From Paludibacteraceae bacterium (GTDB lineage: Bacteria; Bacteroidota; Bacteroidia; Bacteroidales; Paludibacteraceae): a stretch of 43,490 bases of DNA. Location: positions 1 to 43,490 of the forward strand of contig CANIXM010000001.1 of NCBI GenBank assembly GCA_947471245.1. Reading direction: 5' to 3'. The translations under genes were made by a program, and so were the position numbers. The notes under the pieces were generated by a model. It saw only the letters and a list, made by a program, of their open reading frames with translations, had not been told where the DNA came from and did not search any database. This document shows positions 9,241 to 20,387 of this stretch, piece by piece. The stretch's first letter is position 1. Every line of letters starts with the position of its first letter.

Positions 9241-9709
9241 CCCCAACTAGCACCTATGTGGTTTGTTTTTTTTCTTTGTCGTACAAGCCAATTTGCCGAA
9301 AGGCAAACTATGTGTCCTTGTTTTTAAATGACTGGATTTCTCCATGTGTTCAATGTGTTAAGTTTTTTTGACCTTTTGTGGTTGTAATTTCATTCTTTGG
9401 TTTCACCCGCCTATTTCATTGTAGAAACATTTTTTCATTGTGAATTGCCCAATTGCATCATTGTAGTGTTAATTTTCCCCCACTTTACTACCTTTCTTTT
9501 AAATTTCAGTGGACACTTACCCTTTTTAGTTGTGTTGTAGTGGTTTGTTTTATACTTATGTCTTGAATTTCAGATTTCTAGTTCCTTTGGTTTGTTTTTT
9601 TTATTTGTGGTTGTTTATGTGTGTGATAGGATGGATTGATGTTGATAATCTGTTTGTAAGCTTTTGAAAATGAGTGCAAGATTGTTGATAACTTGTTTAT
9701 AAAATTAAG

Positions 9710-9729
9710 GTGGTGTAAAGTGGGGGAAA
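9710..9729 (+). promoter_or_regulatory. MraZ operator (GTGG-N6-GTGG)
   Basis: GTGGtgtaaaGTGGggg ~50-65 bp upstream of the mraZ start; this is the 10-bp-period box known for MraZ autoregulation. Confidence 0.7.
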
Positions 9730-9776
9730 TGAAAATAATTCATTATTTTTACCGTTGAATAATCAACCCAATAAGC

Positions 9777-10238
9777 ATGTCCACTTTCATAGGAAAATAC
9801 GAGGCTAAAGCTGATGCTAAAGGAAGAATCTTTATTCCTTCGGTGTATCGCAAGCGGCTGTCAAGCGATGAAAATAATCGCTTGGTAATGCGACGTGATG
9901 TGGTGAATGAGTGCATTGTGTTGTTTCCTGAGTCGGTGTGGAATAAAATGGTGGAGGATTTCAAGTCCAAATTGGATGAGTGGAATCCAAGTGATCAGCT
10001 TTTGTTGATGCAGTTTGTGTCTGATGCTGAGTGGCTGGATTTGGATGCTCAGGGTCGTGTGTTGATATCCAAACGGCATTTGCTTTCTATCAGTATTGAA
10101 AATTCGGACGTGTTGTTTGTGGGGATGATTGACCGCTTTGCTGTGTGGAGTGCTGCGAAGTATGAGCAGTCCAAAATGTCTTCAGCAGATTTTGCTTCGT
10201 TGCTGAAGGAGAAAATGATTTCAAAAGATAAAATATAA
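9777..10238 (+). CDS. mraZ: Division/cell wall cluster transcriptional repressor MraZ
   Basis: Two DxKGR/DxQGR repeats (DAKGRIFIP, DAQGRVLI); first gene of the dcw cluster. Confidence 0.95.
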   Translation: MSTFIGKYEAKADAKGRIFIPSVYRKRLSSDENNRLVMRRDVVNECIVLFPESVWNKMVEDFKSKLDEWNPSDQLLLMQFVSDAEWLDLDAQGRVLISKRHLLSISIENSDVLFVGMIDRFAVWSAAKYEQSKMSSADFASLLKEKMISKDKI

Positions 10239-10252
10239 TTTCCTAACTACAG

Positions 10253-11161
10253 ATGGATCAACCCGCTTATCATGTCCCAGCTCTTCTTGAGGAAACCATC
10301 CAGGGGTTGAACATCAATCCCGATGGTGTATATGTTGATGTTACTTATGGAGGTGGCGGGCACTCTCGTGCTATTCTTGAACGATTGAGCAGCAAGGGGC
10401 GATTGATAGCTTTCGATCAGGATGAGGATGTTTTCCCCAATCTTATTAAGGATGAGCGTTTTGTGTTTGTTCGCAGTAACTTCAAATACCTCAGTAATTT
10501 TTTGAGGTATCATCACATAGAAAAGGTTGATGGTGTTTTGGCTGATTTGGGTGTGTCGTTTCACCATTTTGATGAGGCTGAACGTGGCTTTTCATTTCGT
10601 TTTGATGGAAGCTTGGATATGCGGATGAACACCAAATCCAGTCTTACAGCTGCTGTTATTGTTAACACTTACGAAGAAGAAAGGCTGGCAAATGTGTTGT
10701 ACTTGTATGGCGAATTGCACAATTCTCGAAAAATTTCACGTGCCATTGTAAATGCTCGACAGTTGCAACCCCTACAACGCATCAATGAATTCGTAGAAGT
10801 TCTCAAACCATTTTTTTTTAAAGAAAAGGAAAAGAAAGATATGGCTCGCGTTTTTCAGGCGCTACGCATAGAAGTGAACAGCGAGATGGAGGTGCTCAAA
10901 TCATTTCTCAATCAAAGTGTACAGGTGTTGAATCCTGATGGAAGGCTGGTGCTTTTGACTTATCATTCATTAGAAGATCGGATGGTGAAGAATTTTTTGA
11001 AAAGTGGTAATATCGAAGGTAATATCGAAAAAGATTTTTTTGGAAATGTGATTTCACCACTTCGCTTGATTAATAACAAGGTAATAGTGGCATCTGACGA
11101 CGAGGTGCAAGCCAATCCTCGTTCCAGAAGTGCAAAACTCCGCATAGCAGCGCTCAAATGA
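10253..11161 (+). CDS. rsmH: 16S rRNA m4C1402 methyltransferase
   Basis: HVPALL, DVTYGGGGHS, DLGVS, LDMRM, FQALRIEVN, YHSLEDR, NPRSRSAKLR. Confidence 0.98.
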   Translation: MDQPAYHVPALLEETIQGLNINPDGVYVDVTYGGGGHSRAILERLSSKGRLIAFDQDEDVFPNLIKDERFVFVRSNFKYLSNFLRYHHIEKVDGVLADLGVSFHHFDEAERGFSFRFDGSLDMRMNTKSSLTAAVIVNTYEEERLANVLYLYGELHNSRKISRAIVNARQLQPLQRINEFVEVLKPFFFKEKEKKDMARVFQALRIEVNSEMEVLKSFLNQSVQVLNPDGRLVLLTYHSLEDRMVKNFLKSGNIEGNIEKDFFGNVISPLRLINNKVIVASDDEVQANPRSRSAKLRIAALK

Positions 11162-11547
11162 AACAGTGGATAAAGGACATAGTTGATGCAATTCGTGGTA
11201 GCGAAGAATTCTCGGATCTGAAGTCAAGCTCACTTCGTGATTTGCTTAATGGTGATATTTTCACAAAGCGAATCATCAAAAAGCAATATGGACTTTTGAT
11301 TTTGATTGCCATTCTAATGTTTTTATATGTAGATAATCGGTACTCTTGCGAATCGCAAATAGCCAAGCAAGCCAAACTGAAAAAAGAAATCCAAGATGTG
11401 AAGTACGAGTCGATGACCATTTCTGCCGATTTGATGAAGCTTAGCAGACAGTCATCAGTCATCAAAATGGTAAATGAAAGGGGTTTGGAAATTGAAGAAT
11501 CACCTGCACCTCCAGTTTTTATAGTGGATAGCACAGAAAAAAAATAA
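11158..11547 (+). CDS. ftsL: FtsL-like cell division protein
   Basis: Single TM helix plus coiled coil, located between rsmH and the PBP gene. Confidence 0.8.
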   Translation: MKQWIKDIVDAIRGSEEFSDLKSSSLRDLLNGDIFTKRIIKKQYGLLILIAILMFLYVDNRYSCESQIAKQAKLKKEIQDVKYESMTISADLMKLSRQSSVIKMVNERGLEIEESPAPPVFIVDSTEKK

Positions 11548-13682
11548 TGGTAGATTTACGTAAAGACATAGTAGTTCGTTTTGGTATAGTTTATACCATT
11601 GTGTGCCTCACCTTTATTTTAGTGGTGTATAAGATTGTTGTCATTCAGACAGTTGAGCGCAAAGATTGGTTGGCTTTGTCGTCCAAAAACGTAAAAGCAG
11701 ATATTGTAGTCAAGCCAACCCGGGGTAATATCTATGCCTGTGATGGCAGGCTGATGGCCAGCTCCATTCCATCTTATTATGTGTATTTGGACTTGAGGGT
11801 TCCTGCTTTGCATGAACATGATGGTAAACTCTTCAAAGACAATATCGATTCATTGTCATTAGGCTTGTCTGAATTTTTTCAAGATAGAACGGCGGATGAA
11901 TACAAAAAAATCATTTCTAATGCTTATCGTTCTAAGCGTGCAAGCCTGCAATTATTTCCCAAACGTATTTCCTACGCCCAATACAAAGAACTGAAACGTT
12001 TGCCCTTGCTCAGACTAAGTAGAAACAAAAGTGGATTAATCGTTAAAGAGTTTTTTAGTCGCGTCAAACCATTTGGCTCTCTAGCCTCACGAACCATTGG
12101 TGATATTTACCCCGACGAAAAGAAGGGTGGTAAAAATGGTTTGGAGCTTTTTTTTAATGCTCAATTAATAGGTGTTCCAGGTGTTTCGGTGAGGCATAAG
12201 ATTGCCAATAAGTATCTTGAGACTGTTCAAGTGGAGCCCATTGATGGCATGGATGTGAATTCTACAATCGATATTGACTTACAGGACATCACAGAGAAGG
12301 CATTGTTGGATGGGGTGCATGAATTTGACGCTGCCACCGCATGTGCTATCTTGATGGAAGTGCAGACAGGTGAAGTCAAGGCGATAGTCAACATGACAAG
12401 AAACTCCGATGGTAGTTATACTGAAAATCGGAATGGTGCAGTGTCAGATCTCACCGAGCCAGGTTCTACTTTTAAGGTCGCATCATTGATGGCAGCATTG
12501 GATGATGGGAAAGTCAAACTTACTGATACAATAGACACCAAGAATGGTCAGTACGTGTTTGGCAACAGGGTGATGACTGATCATAATGCAAATAGAGGAG
12601 GATTTCATAAAATAACACTGGCTCAAGCTATTTATGGTTCTTCGAATATTGGTATTTCACGTTCAATAGTGAAAGCTTATGGAAAAAATCCAGCAGCATT
12701 TGTAGATAAGCTCTATGACATGAAGCTCAATGAGGCGATGAATATAGAGTTGCCAGGAGCAGCAGCTCCAGTTATTAAACACCCTTCTGACAAAACCCAT
12801 GAATGGTCCAACACCACTTTGCCTTGGATGTCGGTAGGCTATGAAACTCAGATTCCTCCTATCTATACATTGGCTTTTTATAATGCCATAGCAAATGATG
12901 GAAAGCTGATTCGTCCGTTCTTTGTGAAATCAATCAGTCTGAATGGAGTGATAGTGAAGGAATTAACCACCGAAGTCATTAACCCCGCAATCTGCAAACC
13001 CTCCACACTCACCGATATTAAATCTGCACTGCTAGGAGTCATTGAAGATAAAATGGGAACTGCCACCAATGTCAGGTCAGACTTTGTGAGAATAGCTGGA
13101 AAGTCAGGTACTGCTCAAATCTCTCAAGGAAAAGAGGGTTATAAATCTGGTGTTACCAAGCATCAGGTCACATTTTGTGGGTTTTTCCCTTATGACAATC
13201 CGATGTACACCTGCGTTGTGGTGATGCGTGAGCCAGGTATAGGTCATGCATCTGGAGGGCACATGAGTGGGTCTGTGTTTAAAAACGTGGCTGAACGGGT
13301 TATGGCACTAAAGTCTGATAGAAAGGCACCTGTGTTAGAAGATGACTCTTTGAGAAAATTCCCACTTAAACCTCATGTGAAAGCTGGTTATAGTCATGCA
13401 TTGTTTACTGTCACTAGACAACTGAAAGTGCCAGTATGTGGAAATACCTCAGAGTGGATCAATGCAAGCTCAAGCGATACAGCAGTACATATACAGCCTG
13501 TGGCATTAACCATTAAAAGAATGCCAAATCTGAAAGGTATGGGCGCAAAAGACGCAATGTATCTGCTCGAAAAAATGGGACTTCGGGTGCAAGTGATTGG
13601 TAGAGGTAAGGTGGTGACACAGTCCATCCTTGCTGGCAGTCGATGTGCAAAAGGTAAGGATATAACAATAACACTTGATTAA
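11547..13682 (+). CDS. ftsI: Class B penicillin-binding protein (FtsI/PBP3) with C-terminal PASTA domain
   Basis: RGNIY..DG, EPGSTFK (SxxK), SSN, KSGTAQ; MPNLKGM PASTA domain. Confidence 0.95.
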   Translation: MVDLRKDIVVRFGIVYTIVCLTFILVVYKIVVIQTVERKDWLALSSKNVKADIVVKPTRGNIYACDGRLMASSIPSYYVYLDLRVPALHEHDGKLFKDNIDSLSLGLSEFFQDRTADEYKKIISNAYRSKRASLQLFPKRISYAQYKELKRLPLLRLSRNKSGLIVKEFFSRVKPFGSLASRTIGDIYPDEKKGGKNGLELFFNAQLIGVPGVSVRHKIANKYLETVQVEPIDGMDVNSTIDIDLQDITEKALLDGVHEFDAATACAILMEVQTGEVKAIVNMTRNSDGSYTENRNGAVSDLTEPGSTFKVASLMAALDDGKVKLTDTIDTKNGQYVFGNRVMTDHNANRGGFHKITLAQAIYGSSNIGISRSIVKAYGKNPAAFVDKLYDMKLNEAMNIELPGAAAPVIKHPSDKTHEWSNTTLPWMSVGYETQIPPIYTLAFYNAIANDGKLIRPFFVKSISLNGVIVKELTTEVINPAICKPSTLTDIKSALLGVIEDKMGTATNVRSDFVRIAGKSGTAQISQGKEGYKSGVTKHQVTFCGFFPYDNPMYTCVVVMREPGIGHASGGHMSGSVFKNVAERVMALKSDRKAPVLEDDSLRKFPLKPHVKAGYSHALFTVTRQLKVPVCGNTSEWINASSSDTAVHIQPVALTIKRMPNLKGMGAKDAMYLLEKMGLRVQVIGRGKVVTQSILAGSRCAKGKDITITLD

Positions 13683-13693
13683 CAATTAAGATT

Positions 13694-15145
13694 ATGTCTA
13701 AAAGCTTAGAGTTACTTCTCGCAAACCTATCTTATACCCAAGTGATAGGAAATATGGATGTGAAAGTGTCAGGCATCCAGTTTGATTCTAGAAAAGTAGT
13801 GACTAACAGTTTGTTTGTAGCCACCAAAGGATCGGCGACTGATGGTCATGATTTTATTGACAGTGCAATTGAAAATGGTGCCACAGTGGTGGTATGCGAG
13901 CAGTTCCCCATTTACATAAGTCCTGCAATGGTCTATGTAAAAGTAGAAAATAGCAACGAAGCACTGGGCCATCTAGCAGGCACTTGGTATAATAACCCTT
14001 CGAAATCACTGACATTGGTAGGGGTGACTGGCACCAATGGAAAAACCACAATTGCTACCCTGCTGTATCAGTTGTTTAGAGAGTTGGGTTACAAATCGGG
14101 TTTGCTTTCCACAGTTTGTAATTATGTGAATGAGCTAATGGTTGAGGCTACTCACACCACACCCGATGCTTTGGCATTAAATGAGTTGCTGTCACAAATG
14201 GTAGATGCGGGGTGTGAATATGCTTTTATGGAGGTCAGCTCTCACTCAGTAGATCAAAAGCGCATCGCTGGTTTGGCATTTGCTGGGGGGGTGTTTACCA
14301 ATATCACTAGGGATCATATTGATTACCACCTTACGTTTGAGAATTATTTGAAAGCCAAAAAGCAATTTTTTGATGACTTGCCCAAATCTGCTTTTGCGCT
14401 TACCAATATTGATGACAAAAATGGGTTGGTCATGTTGCAAAATACCAATGCCTCAAAGTTTACTTATTCACTTAGAAGCTTGGCCGATTTCAAAACCAAG
14501 ATTATTGAACATGGTTTCGAAGGCATGCTTTTGGAAATGAATGATAGAGAGGTGAATGTACCTTTTATTGGGAAATTTAATGCAAGTAACCTTTCGGCAG
14601 TGTTTGGTGCTGCAGTGCTGTTGAAACAAGACGAATTAGAAGTGTTGCGTATCATCAGTAAGTTGCGGTCTGTTTCGGGCAGGTTCGAAACATTACATTC
14701 TCCACATGGATATACAGCAATAGTAGATTATGCACACACTCCAGATGCCCTTAATAATGTGATTGGTACCATCAATGATATAATGCAAGGAAATGGTAGG
14801 TTGATTACCGTGGTAGGTTGTGGAGGTAATAGAGACAAAGGAAAGCGCCCAATGATGGCACGTGAAGCAGTAGATGGTAGCTGGAAAGCGATTTTGACCT
14901 CTGACAACCCTAGGAATGAGGATCCGCAGGATATCTTGAACGATATGGTAGCGGGATTGGATCCTGTACAGCGATCGAATAGCTTGGTCGTTGTTGATAG
15001 AAAGGAGGCTATTCGCACCGCATGTTTGTTCGCCCAACAAGGTGATGTGGTGCTGGTTGCAGGCAAGGGACATGAAGATTATCAGATCATTAACGGAGTG
15101 AAACATCACTTTGATGACCGGGAAGTGGTAAAGAGCTGTTTCTAA
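13694..15145 (+). CDS. murE: UDP-MurNAc-tripeptide synthetase (meso-DAP adding)
   Basis: GTNGKTT, MEVSSH, DYAHTPD, DNPR (DAP specificity), AGKGHE. Confidence 0.97.
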   Translation: MSKSLELLLANLSYTQVIGNMDVKVSGIQFDSRKVVTNSLFVATKGSATDGHDFIDSAIENGATVVVCEQFPIYISPAMVYVKVENSNEALGHLAGTWYNNPSKSLTLVGVTGTNGKTTIATLLYQLFRELGYKSGLLSTVCNYVNELMVEATHTTPDALALNELLSQMVDAGCEYAFMEVSSHSVDQKRIAGLAFAGGVFTNITRDHIDYHLTFENYLKAKKQFFDDLPKSAFALTNIDDKNGLVMLQNTNASKFTYSLRSLADFKTKIIEHGFEGMLLEMNDREVNVPFIGKFNASNLSAVFGAAVLLKQDELEVLRIISKLRSVSGRFETLHSPHGYTAIVDYAHTPDALNNVIGTINDIMQGNGRLITVVGCGGNRDKGKRPMMAREAVDGSWKAILTSDNPRNEDPQDILNDMVAGLDPVQRSNSLVVVDRKEAIRTACLFAQQGDVVLVAGKGHEDYQIINGVKHHFDDREVVKSCF

Positions 15146-15182
15146 TAAACAAGTAAACAAGTAAACAAGTAAACAAGTAAAC
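15146..15182. repeat. (TAAACAAG)x4.6 octamer tandem repeat
   Basis: Four perfect copies plus TAAAC immediately after the murE stop. Confidence 0.95.
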
Positions 15183-15232
15183 GAAAGCATTTGTAGTGCA
15201 TACATAAGAATAAAACAATAAAAATTAGCAAT

Positions 15233-16495
15233 ATGATTTATCATTTATTTCAATACTTAGAAACAAATTTTCACTTTCCAGGTGGGGGGTTGTTTAATTT
15301 CATCTCATTTCGTACAGGTCTGGCCTTTATAATGAGTTTGTTATTGTCCACTATGTTTGGGAGGCGAATCATTGATTATTTGCAAAAAATGCAAATTGGT
15401 GAAACCATCCGCGATTTGGGATTAGAAGGTCAAATGAGTAAAAAAGGAACTCCGACCATGGGAGGGGTTATCATTATTATTTCTATTCTTATACCCTCTT
15501 TGCTTTTGGGCAATCTCACCAATACTTACTTGCTGTTGATGATAATTTCCACCATTTGGATGGGATTGATTGGATTTTTGGATGATTACATCAAGGTTTT
15601 TTTGAAGAATAAAGAGGGGCTTAAAGGTCGATTTAAAGTTATTGGTCAAATAGGATTGGGTTTGATTGTGGGCTTGACAATGTATTTTAGTTCTGATGTA
15701 GTAATTCGTGAAAATAAAGAAGTGAAAGGAGAGGCAAGGGTAGAAAATGTATTGTATGCAAAACACGATGTGAAATCAACAAAATCCACCATTCCTTTTC
15801 TAAAGAATAATAATTTGGATTATGCTGATGCATTTGCTTGGGTCGGTGAAAACGCACAAAAATATGGATGGGTGTTGTTTGTCTTAGTGGTAATATTTAT
15901 AGTAACGGCCGTTTCCAACGGTGCTAATCTAACAGATGGACTAGATGGACTTGCCACAGGGTCTTCGGCCATCATGGGCGTGACCTTGGGGATATTGGCT
16001 TATGTGTCTGGTAACGTCAATTATGCTGGTTATTTGAATATCATGTACCTTCCAGGCACTGGAGAGTTGCTAGTATTTGCTGGTGCATTTATTGGAGCTA
16101 CAGTTGGTTTTTTGTGGTATAATGCTTTCCCAGCACAAGTTTTTATGGGTGATACAGGCAGTTTGACTATTGGTGGGATAATCGCTGTTTTTGCCATTAT
16201 CATTCGTAAGGAGTTGTTGATACCGATTTTATGCGGTGTGTTTTTGATAGAAAACTTATCGGTCATCATGCAAGTCGGTTATTTTAAATTTACGAAGAAA
16301 AAATATGGTGAAGGTCGTCGGATCTTCAAAATGACTCCTCTGCATCATCATTATCAAAAGCAAGGCAATGCTGGAATTCAAGCTTTAATACAACGTCCAC
16401 TACAGGCCTTACCCGAATCAAAAATCACGGTTCGCTTTTGGATCGTGGGGATAATTTTAGCAGCAATTACAATTATTACTTTGAAAATTAGATAG
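15233..16495 (+). CDS. mraY: Phospho-N-acetylmuramoyl-pentapeptide transferase
   Basis: [32 protein letters not shown]; polytopic membrane protein. Confidence 0.98.
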   Translation: MIYHLFQYLETNFHFPGGGLFNFISFRTGLAFIMSLLLSTMFGRRIIDYLQKMQIGETIRDLGLEGQMSKKGTPTMGGVIIIISILIPSLLLGNLTNTYLLLMIISTIWMGLIGFLDDYIKVFLKNKEGLKGRFKVIGQIGLGLIVGLTMYFSSDVVIRENKEVKGEARVENVLYAKHDVKSTKSTIPFLKNNNLDYADAFAWVGENAQKYGWVLFVLVVIFIVTAVSNGANLTDGLDGLATGSSAIMGVTLGILAYVSGNVNYAGYLNIMYLPGTGELLVFAGAFIGATVGFLWYNAFPAQVFMGDTGSLTIGGIIAVFAIIIRKELLIPILCGVFLIENLSVIMQVGYFKFTKKKYGEGRRIFKMTPLHHHYQKQGNAGIQALIQRPLQALPESKITVRFWIVGIILAAITIITLKIR

Positions 16496-17836
16496 ATGAG
16501 TGATCAAAGAGTAGTGGTGTTAGGCGGCGGTGAAAGTGGAGCTGGCGCTGCAGTGTTGGCCAAACTTAAAGGTTTTGAGGTTTTTCTTTCAGATTTGTCT
16601 GAAATAAAAGCTGAGTACAAAGACCTTTTGGACCAATATCAAATAGAATGGGAAGAAAAGCAACATACAGAATCACTGATATTAAATGCTGATCAAGTGA
16701 TTAAAAGTCCAGGCATTCCTGATAAGGCTTCGCTGGTTGTCAAATTGAAAGGACTTGCTATTCCAGTATTATCAGAAATTGAATTTGCAGGAAGATATAC
16801 TAATGCAAAAATGATTTGTATCACAGGTAGTAATGGCAAAACTACCACTACCATGTTGGTGTATCATATTCTAAGAAATGCGGGCTTGAATGTTGGATTG
16901 GCCGGAAATGTAGGGCAAAGTTTTGCTTTACAGGTGGCTACAAAGAGCTTTGATTATTATGTGCTTGAGCTGAGTAGTTTTCAGCTTGATGGGATGAGTG
17001 AATTCAAAGCTGACATAGCCATTTTGCTCAATATCACCCCTGATCATTTGGACAGATACGATTATCAGTTTCAGAATTATATCGATTCAAAATTTCGGAT
17101 TACTCAAAATCAAACCGAAGATGATGCCTTTATTTTTTGGGAAAATGATCCTGTAATTCGACTTGAATTGGAGAAGCGAAATATCAAGTCTGCGATGTAT
17201 CCATTCGCTATTGAACGAAAAGAGAAGACGAATGCGTTTGTAGAAAACGATGAATTAATAATCAAAACACTAAAAACCTTATTGACCATGCCTACAGCCG
17301 AGCTCGCTTTGCAAGGAATGCACAATACCTATAACTCCATGGCGGCTGGATTGGCTGCTTCGATCATGAATGTAAGAAAGGAAAGTATTAGACAGTCGCT
17401 CCAGGATTTTCAAGGTGTGGAACATCGGCTGGAATATGTGGCGACTGTTAAAAATGTTAGATTTATCAATGACTCTAAAGCTACTAATGTCAATTCATGT
17501 TGGTACGCACTACAAAGCATGAAGAGTCCTGTGGTTCTAATTATGGGTGGTACAGATAAAGGTAATGATTATACAGAAATTGAAGAATTAGTAAGTAATA
17601 AAGTTAAAGCTTTGGTTTTTATGGGAATTGATAATGCTCCATTACATCGGTTTTTTGATGGAAAGTTGAAGCCCTGTGTTGATGTAACAAGTATGGAACA
17701 GGCTGTTCATGAGGCCTACCGTCTGGCCGAAAGTGGCGACACGGTATTATTGTCACCTTGTTGTGCCAGTTTTGATCTGTTTGTCAATTATGAAGACAGA
17801 GGAAAGCAATTTAAGCTTAGCGTAAGAAATCTATAA
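16496..17836 (+). CDS. murD: UDP-MurNAc-L-Ala--D-Glu ligase
   Basis: GSNGKTTT, ELSSFQL, DHLDRY, NDSKATN, LLSPCCASFD. Confidence 0.98.
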   Translation: MSDQRVVVLGGGESGAGAAVLAKLKGFEVFLSDLSEIKAEYKDLLDQYQIEWEEKQHTESLILNADQVIKSPGIPDKASLVVKLKGLAIPVLSEIEFAGRYTNAKMICITGSNGKTTTTMLVYHILRNAGLNVGLAGNVGQSFALQVATKSFDYYVLELSSFQLDGMSEFKADIAILLNITPDHLDRYDYQFQNYIDSKFRITQNQTEDDAFIFWENDPVIRLELEKRNIKSAMYPFAIERKEKTNAFVENDELIIKTLKTLLTMPTAELALQGMHNTYNSMAAGLAASIMNVRKESIRQSLQDFQGVEHRLEYVATVKNVRFINDSKATNVNSCWYALQSMKSPVVLIMGGTDKGNDYTEIEELVSNKVKALVFMGIDNAPLHRFFDGKLKPCVDVTSMEQAVHEAYRLAESGDTVLLSPCCASFDLFVNYEDRGKQFKLSVRNL

Positions 17837-17867
17837 TCAATTTTAAAGAGACTTAAGTTTTAATCCA

Positions 17868-19091
17868 ATGGATAATTTGCTCAAAAAATACGTGAAAGGC
17901 GATCCAACACTTTGGATAGTATTCGTTTTTCTATGTATCATTTCTGCCATAGAAATGTACAGTGCTTCTAGTACACTGGCATTTGGGTCAGAGAGTTATA
18001 CAGGGCCGATGTTGCGTCATGTTGGATTTCTGATTGGTGGAGCTATAATAGCAATTTTTGTCCATTTGGTGCCTTATAAATACATTAAAATGGCTGCATA
18101 TCTGGCATTGGGATTGTCGGCTATACTTTTGGTGTGGGTAATTTTCAAAGGGCATAGCGAAAACGGAGCATCTCGATGGTTGGTTTTTATGGGAATTAAA
18201 TTTCAGCCATCAGAAATTGCAAAATTATCCGTTATTATTGTAGCGGCCGATTTTATTTCTAGAATTAGAGACGACGCTCAAAACGAATGGATGTACTTTA
18301 GAAATACTTTAATCATGGTTGGAGTGATTTGTGTGTTGATATTGTTTGACAATTTCTCAACAGCATTTCTATTGTTTGTAGTGGTATTTATCATGATGTT
18401 TATCGGTCGGGTGTCATTGTTGAAATTGCTGGGTATCGGAGGCGTGTTGATCGTAGGTTTGGTGCTTTGCTTTCTTTTGGTCAAAGCAGTCCCTAAAGAA
18501 AAGATGCCTAAGCTCTTTGACAGAGCCTATACTTGGGTAGCTCGCATAGACAGGTACAAAACCGAAAAAAACAACGAAGAAGGAAAATATGTCATTACTG
18601 ATGACAATTTACAAGTTCAGCATGGGCGTATTGCTATTGCACGTGGTGGAATGGTGGGTGTGTTCCCTGGCAACAGTGTAGAACGTGACTTTTTGCCTCA
18701 GGCTTATTCCGATTTTATATATTCCATCATCGTGGAGGAGATGGGTTTGTTAGGCGGCGTGTTTGTGATATTATTATACTTGGTGTTGCTCTTTCGTGCT
18801 GGTAGAATAGCTACCAAATGTACCACAGTTTTCCCTGCTTTGCTTGTGATCGGTTTGTCTTTGATGATTGTAATTCAGGCATTTATAAGTATGTCGGTGG
18901 CTACAAGTTTGGGACCAGTCACAGGACAACCATTGCCACTTATTAGTAGAGGTGGTACTTCAATACTGATTACATGCATTTATTTTGGAATAATATTTGG
19001 AGTAACTCGTCAGTTGAATGAAGAAGCTAAAGTATCAGATCCTCTGAAGCCAGAAAAGCAAATGCCAACTGTACAATTAGACGATTTGTAA
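17868..19091 (+). CDS. ftsW: SEDS family peptidoglycan polymerase FtsW
   Basis: GASRW, FQPSE, LPQAYSDFI, GQPLPLISRGGTS; dcw position. Confidence 0.95.
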   Translation: MDNLLKKYVKGDPTLWIVFVFLCIISAIEMYSASSTLAFGSESYTGPMLRHVGFLIGGAIIAIFVHLVPYKYIKMAAYLALGLSAILLVWVIFKGHSENGASRWLVFMGIKFQPSEIAKLSVIIVAADFISRIRDDAQNEWMYFRNTLIMVGVICVLILFDNFSTAFLLFVVVFIMMFIGRVSLLKLLGIGGVLIVGLVLCFLLVKAVPKEKMPKLFDRAYTWVARIDRYKTEKNNEEGKYVITDDNLQVQHGRIAIARGGMVGVFPGNSVERDFLPQAYSDFIYSIIVEEMGLLGGVFVILLYLVLLFRAGRIATKCTTVFPALLVIGLSLMIVIQAFISMSVATSLGPVTGQPLPLISRGGTSILITCIYFGIIFGVTRQLNEEAKVSDPLKPEKQMPTVQLDDL

Positions 19092-19203
19092 TGACAAGTC
19101 TTTGAACATAAATAAGTATGGAAACCAATCATAAAACTCTTTACCAAAATATGTTTGGGACACACTATGGTATGATTTTTCACAACAAAATCGTCTCTGA
19201 TAT

Positions 19204-19233
19204 CTTCCTCTAGTTGGTGGAGATTTAGGGGGT
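19204..19233 (+). repeat. Degenerate copy of the GC-rich REP-like element
   Basis: cttcctctagttggtggagatttagggggt resembles the reverse complement of 29769-29797 (tcccccgccagctggcggggttagggggc). Confidence 0.45.
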
Positions 19234-19246
19234 AAATTATAATTAT

Positions 19247-20353
19247 ATGAGCTATAAATATATAATAAGTGGTGGTGGAACTGGGGGTCATATTTTTCCA
19301 GCGCTAAGCATTGCTAATGCCCTGAAAGTCATTCAGCCTGATGCTGAAATCCTCTTTGTGGGTGCACTAGGTAGGATGGAAATGGAGCGAGTGCCAGCAG
19401 CCGGTTATTCCATCGAAGGATTGCCAGTAAGTGGTTTTGATAGAAAGAACCTGTTCAAAAACATTAAAGTGTTGATTAATCTTATTAACAGTTTAATCAA
19501 AGCCAGAAGAATTATTCGTAAATTTCGACCAGATATTGCAATCGGTGTAGGTGGATATGCCAGTGCACCTACACTTCGTGCTGCAGCGGCTCTTGGAATC
19601 CCGACATTGATTCAAGAGCAGAACTCTTATGCTGGTATAACCAATAAGCTGTTGGCGAAAAATGCTAGTAGAATTTGTGTCGCCTATCAGGGCATGGAAC
19701 GGTTTTTTCCTAAAGAAAAAATTATGTTAACAGGAAATCCTGTTCGTCAGGATTTGTTTCAAGTGTTACCCAAAGCGAACGCGGCTTATGACTTTTTTGG
19801 GTTTGATCCCACTAAGAAAACGATACTTGTAGTGGGTGGTAGTCTAGGTGCACGCACCATCAATCAAAGCATCATAGCACATCTTCCTAGATTGGCCAAC
19901 GCAGACGTACAGGTAATCTGGCAGACTGGAAAGTTTTATATCCAAGATGCAACTTCGAAAGCAAAGGATTATGTGTCTAGTAAATTTATAGTTACAGATT
20001 TTGTTTCGAGGATGGATTATGCATATTCCATTGCCGATTTGGTGGTTTCACGTGCAGGTGCAAGTTCCATCTCAGAATTATGTTTGTTGGCAAAACCAGT
20101 GATATTGGTTCCATCACCCAATGTGGCCGAAGACCACCAAACACAGAATGCATTGGCTCTGGTCAATAAGCAAGCAGCCGTCATGATAAAAGATGTGGAT
20201 GCCAAAGAGCAACTTGTAGATGCCACATTGGCATTGATTCAAGATGAGGAAAGATTGAAAGAGATGAGTGGTAATATATTACAACTAGCCGAAAAGGATT
20301 CGGCTCAACGGATAGCGAACGAAATTATAAGTATCGTATCTCAAAGAAAGTAA
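19247..20353 (+). CDS. murG: Undecaprenyl-PP-MurNAc-pentapeptide GlcNAc transferase
   Basis: GGGTGGHIFP, GGY, EQN, GNPVR, GGSLGA, HQTQNA. Confidence 0.98.
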   Translation: MSYKYIISGGGTGGHIFPALSIANALKVIQPDAEILFVGALGRMEMERVPAAGYSIEGLPVSGFDRKNLFKNIKVLINLINSLIKARRIIRKFRPDIAIGVGGYASAPTLRAAAALGIPTLIQEQNSYAGITNKLLAKNASRICVAYQGMERFFPKEKIMLTGNPVRQDLFQVLPKANAAYDFFGFDPTKKTILVVGGSLGARTINQSIIAHLPRLANADVQVIWQTGKFYIQDATSKAKDYVSSKFIVTDFVSRMDYAYSIADLVVSRAGASSISELCLLAKPVILVPSPNVAEDHQTQNALALVNKQAAVMIKDVDAKEQLVDATLALIQDEERLKEMSGNILQLAEKDSAQRIANEIISIVSQRK

Positions 20354-20387
20354 AACGGGTGGGAATCGTGTTGCATTTAATTGAAAA

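Noticed and set aside
8933-9776. Replication origin in the long spacer upstream of mraZ
   Set aside because: Only imperfect DnaA-like boxes, no perfect TTATCCACA, no oriC-typical neighbours; better explained as repeats plus the dcw promoter.
19118-19213. 31-aa small ORF between ftsW and murG (METNHKTLYQNMF...)
   Set aside because: No homology or motif recognisable; length is compatible with chance.
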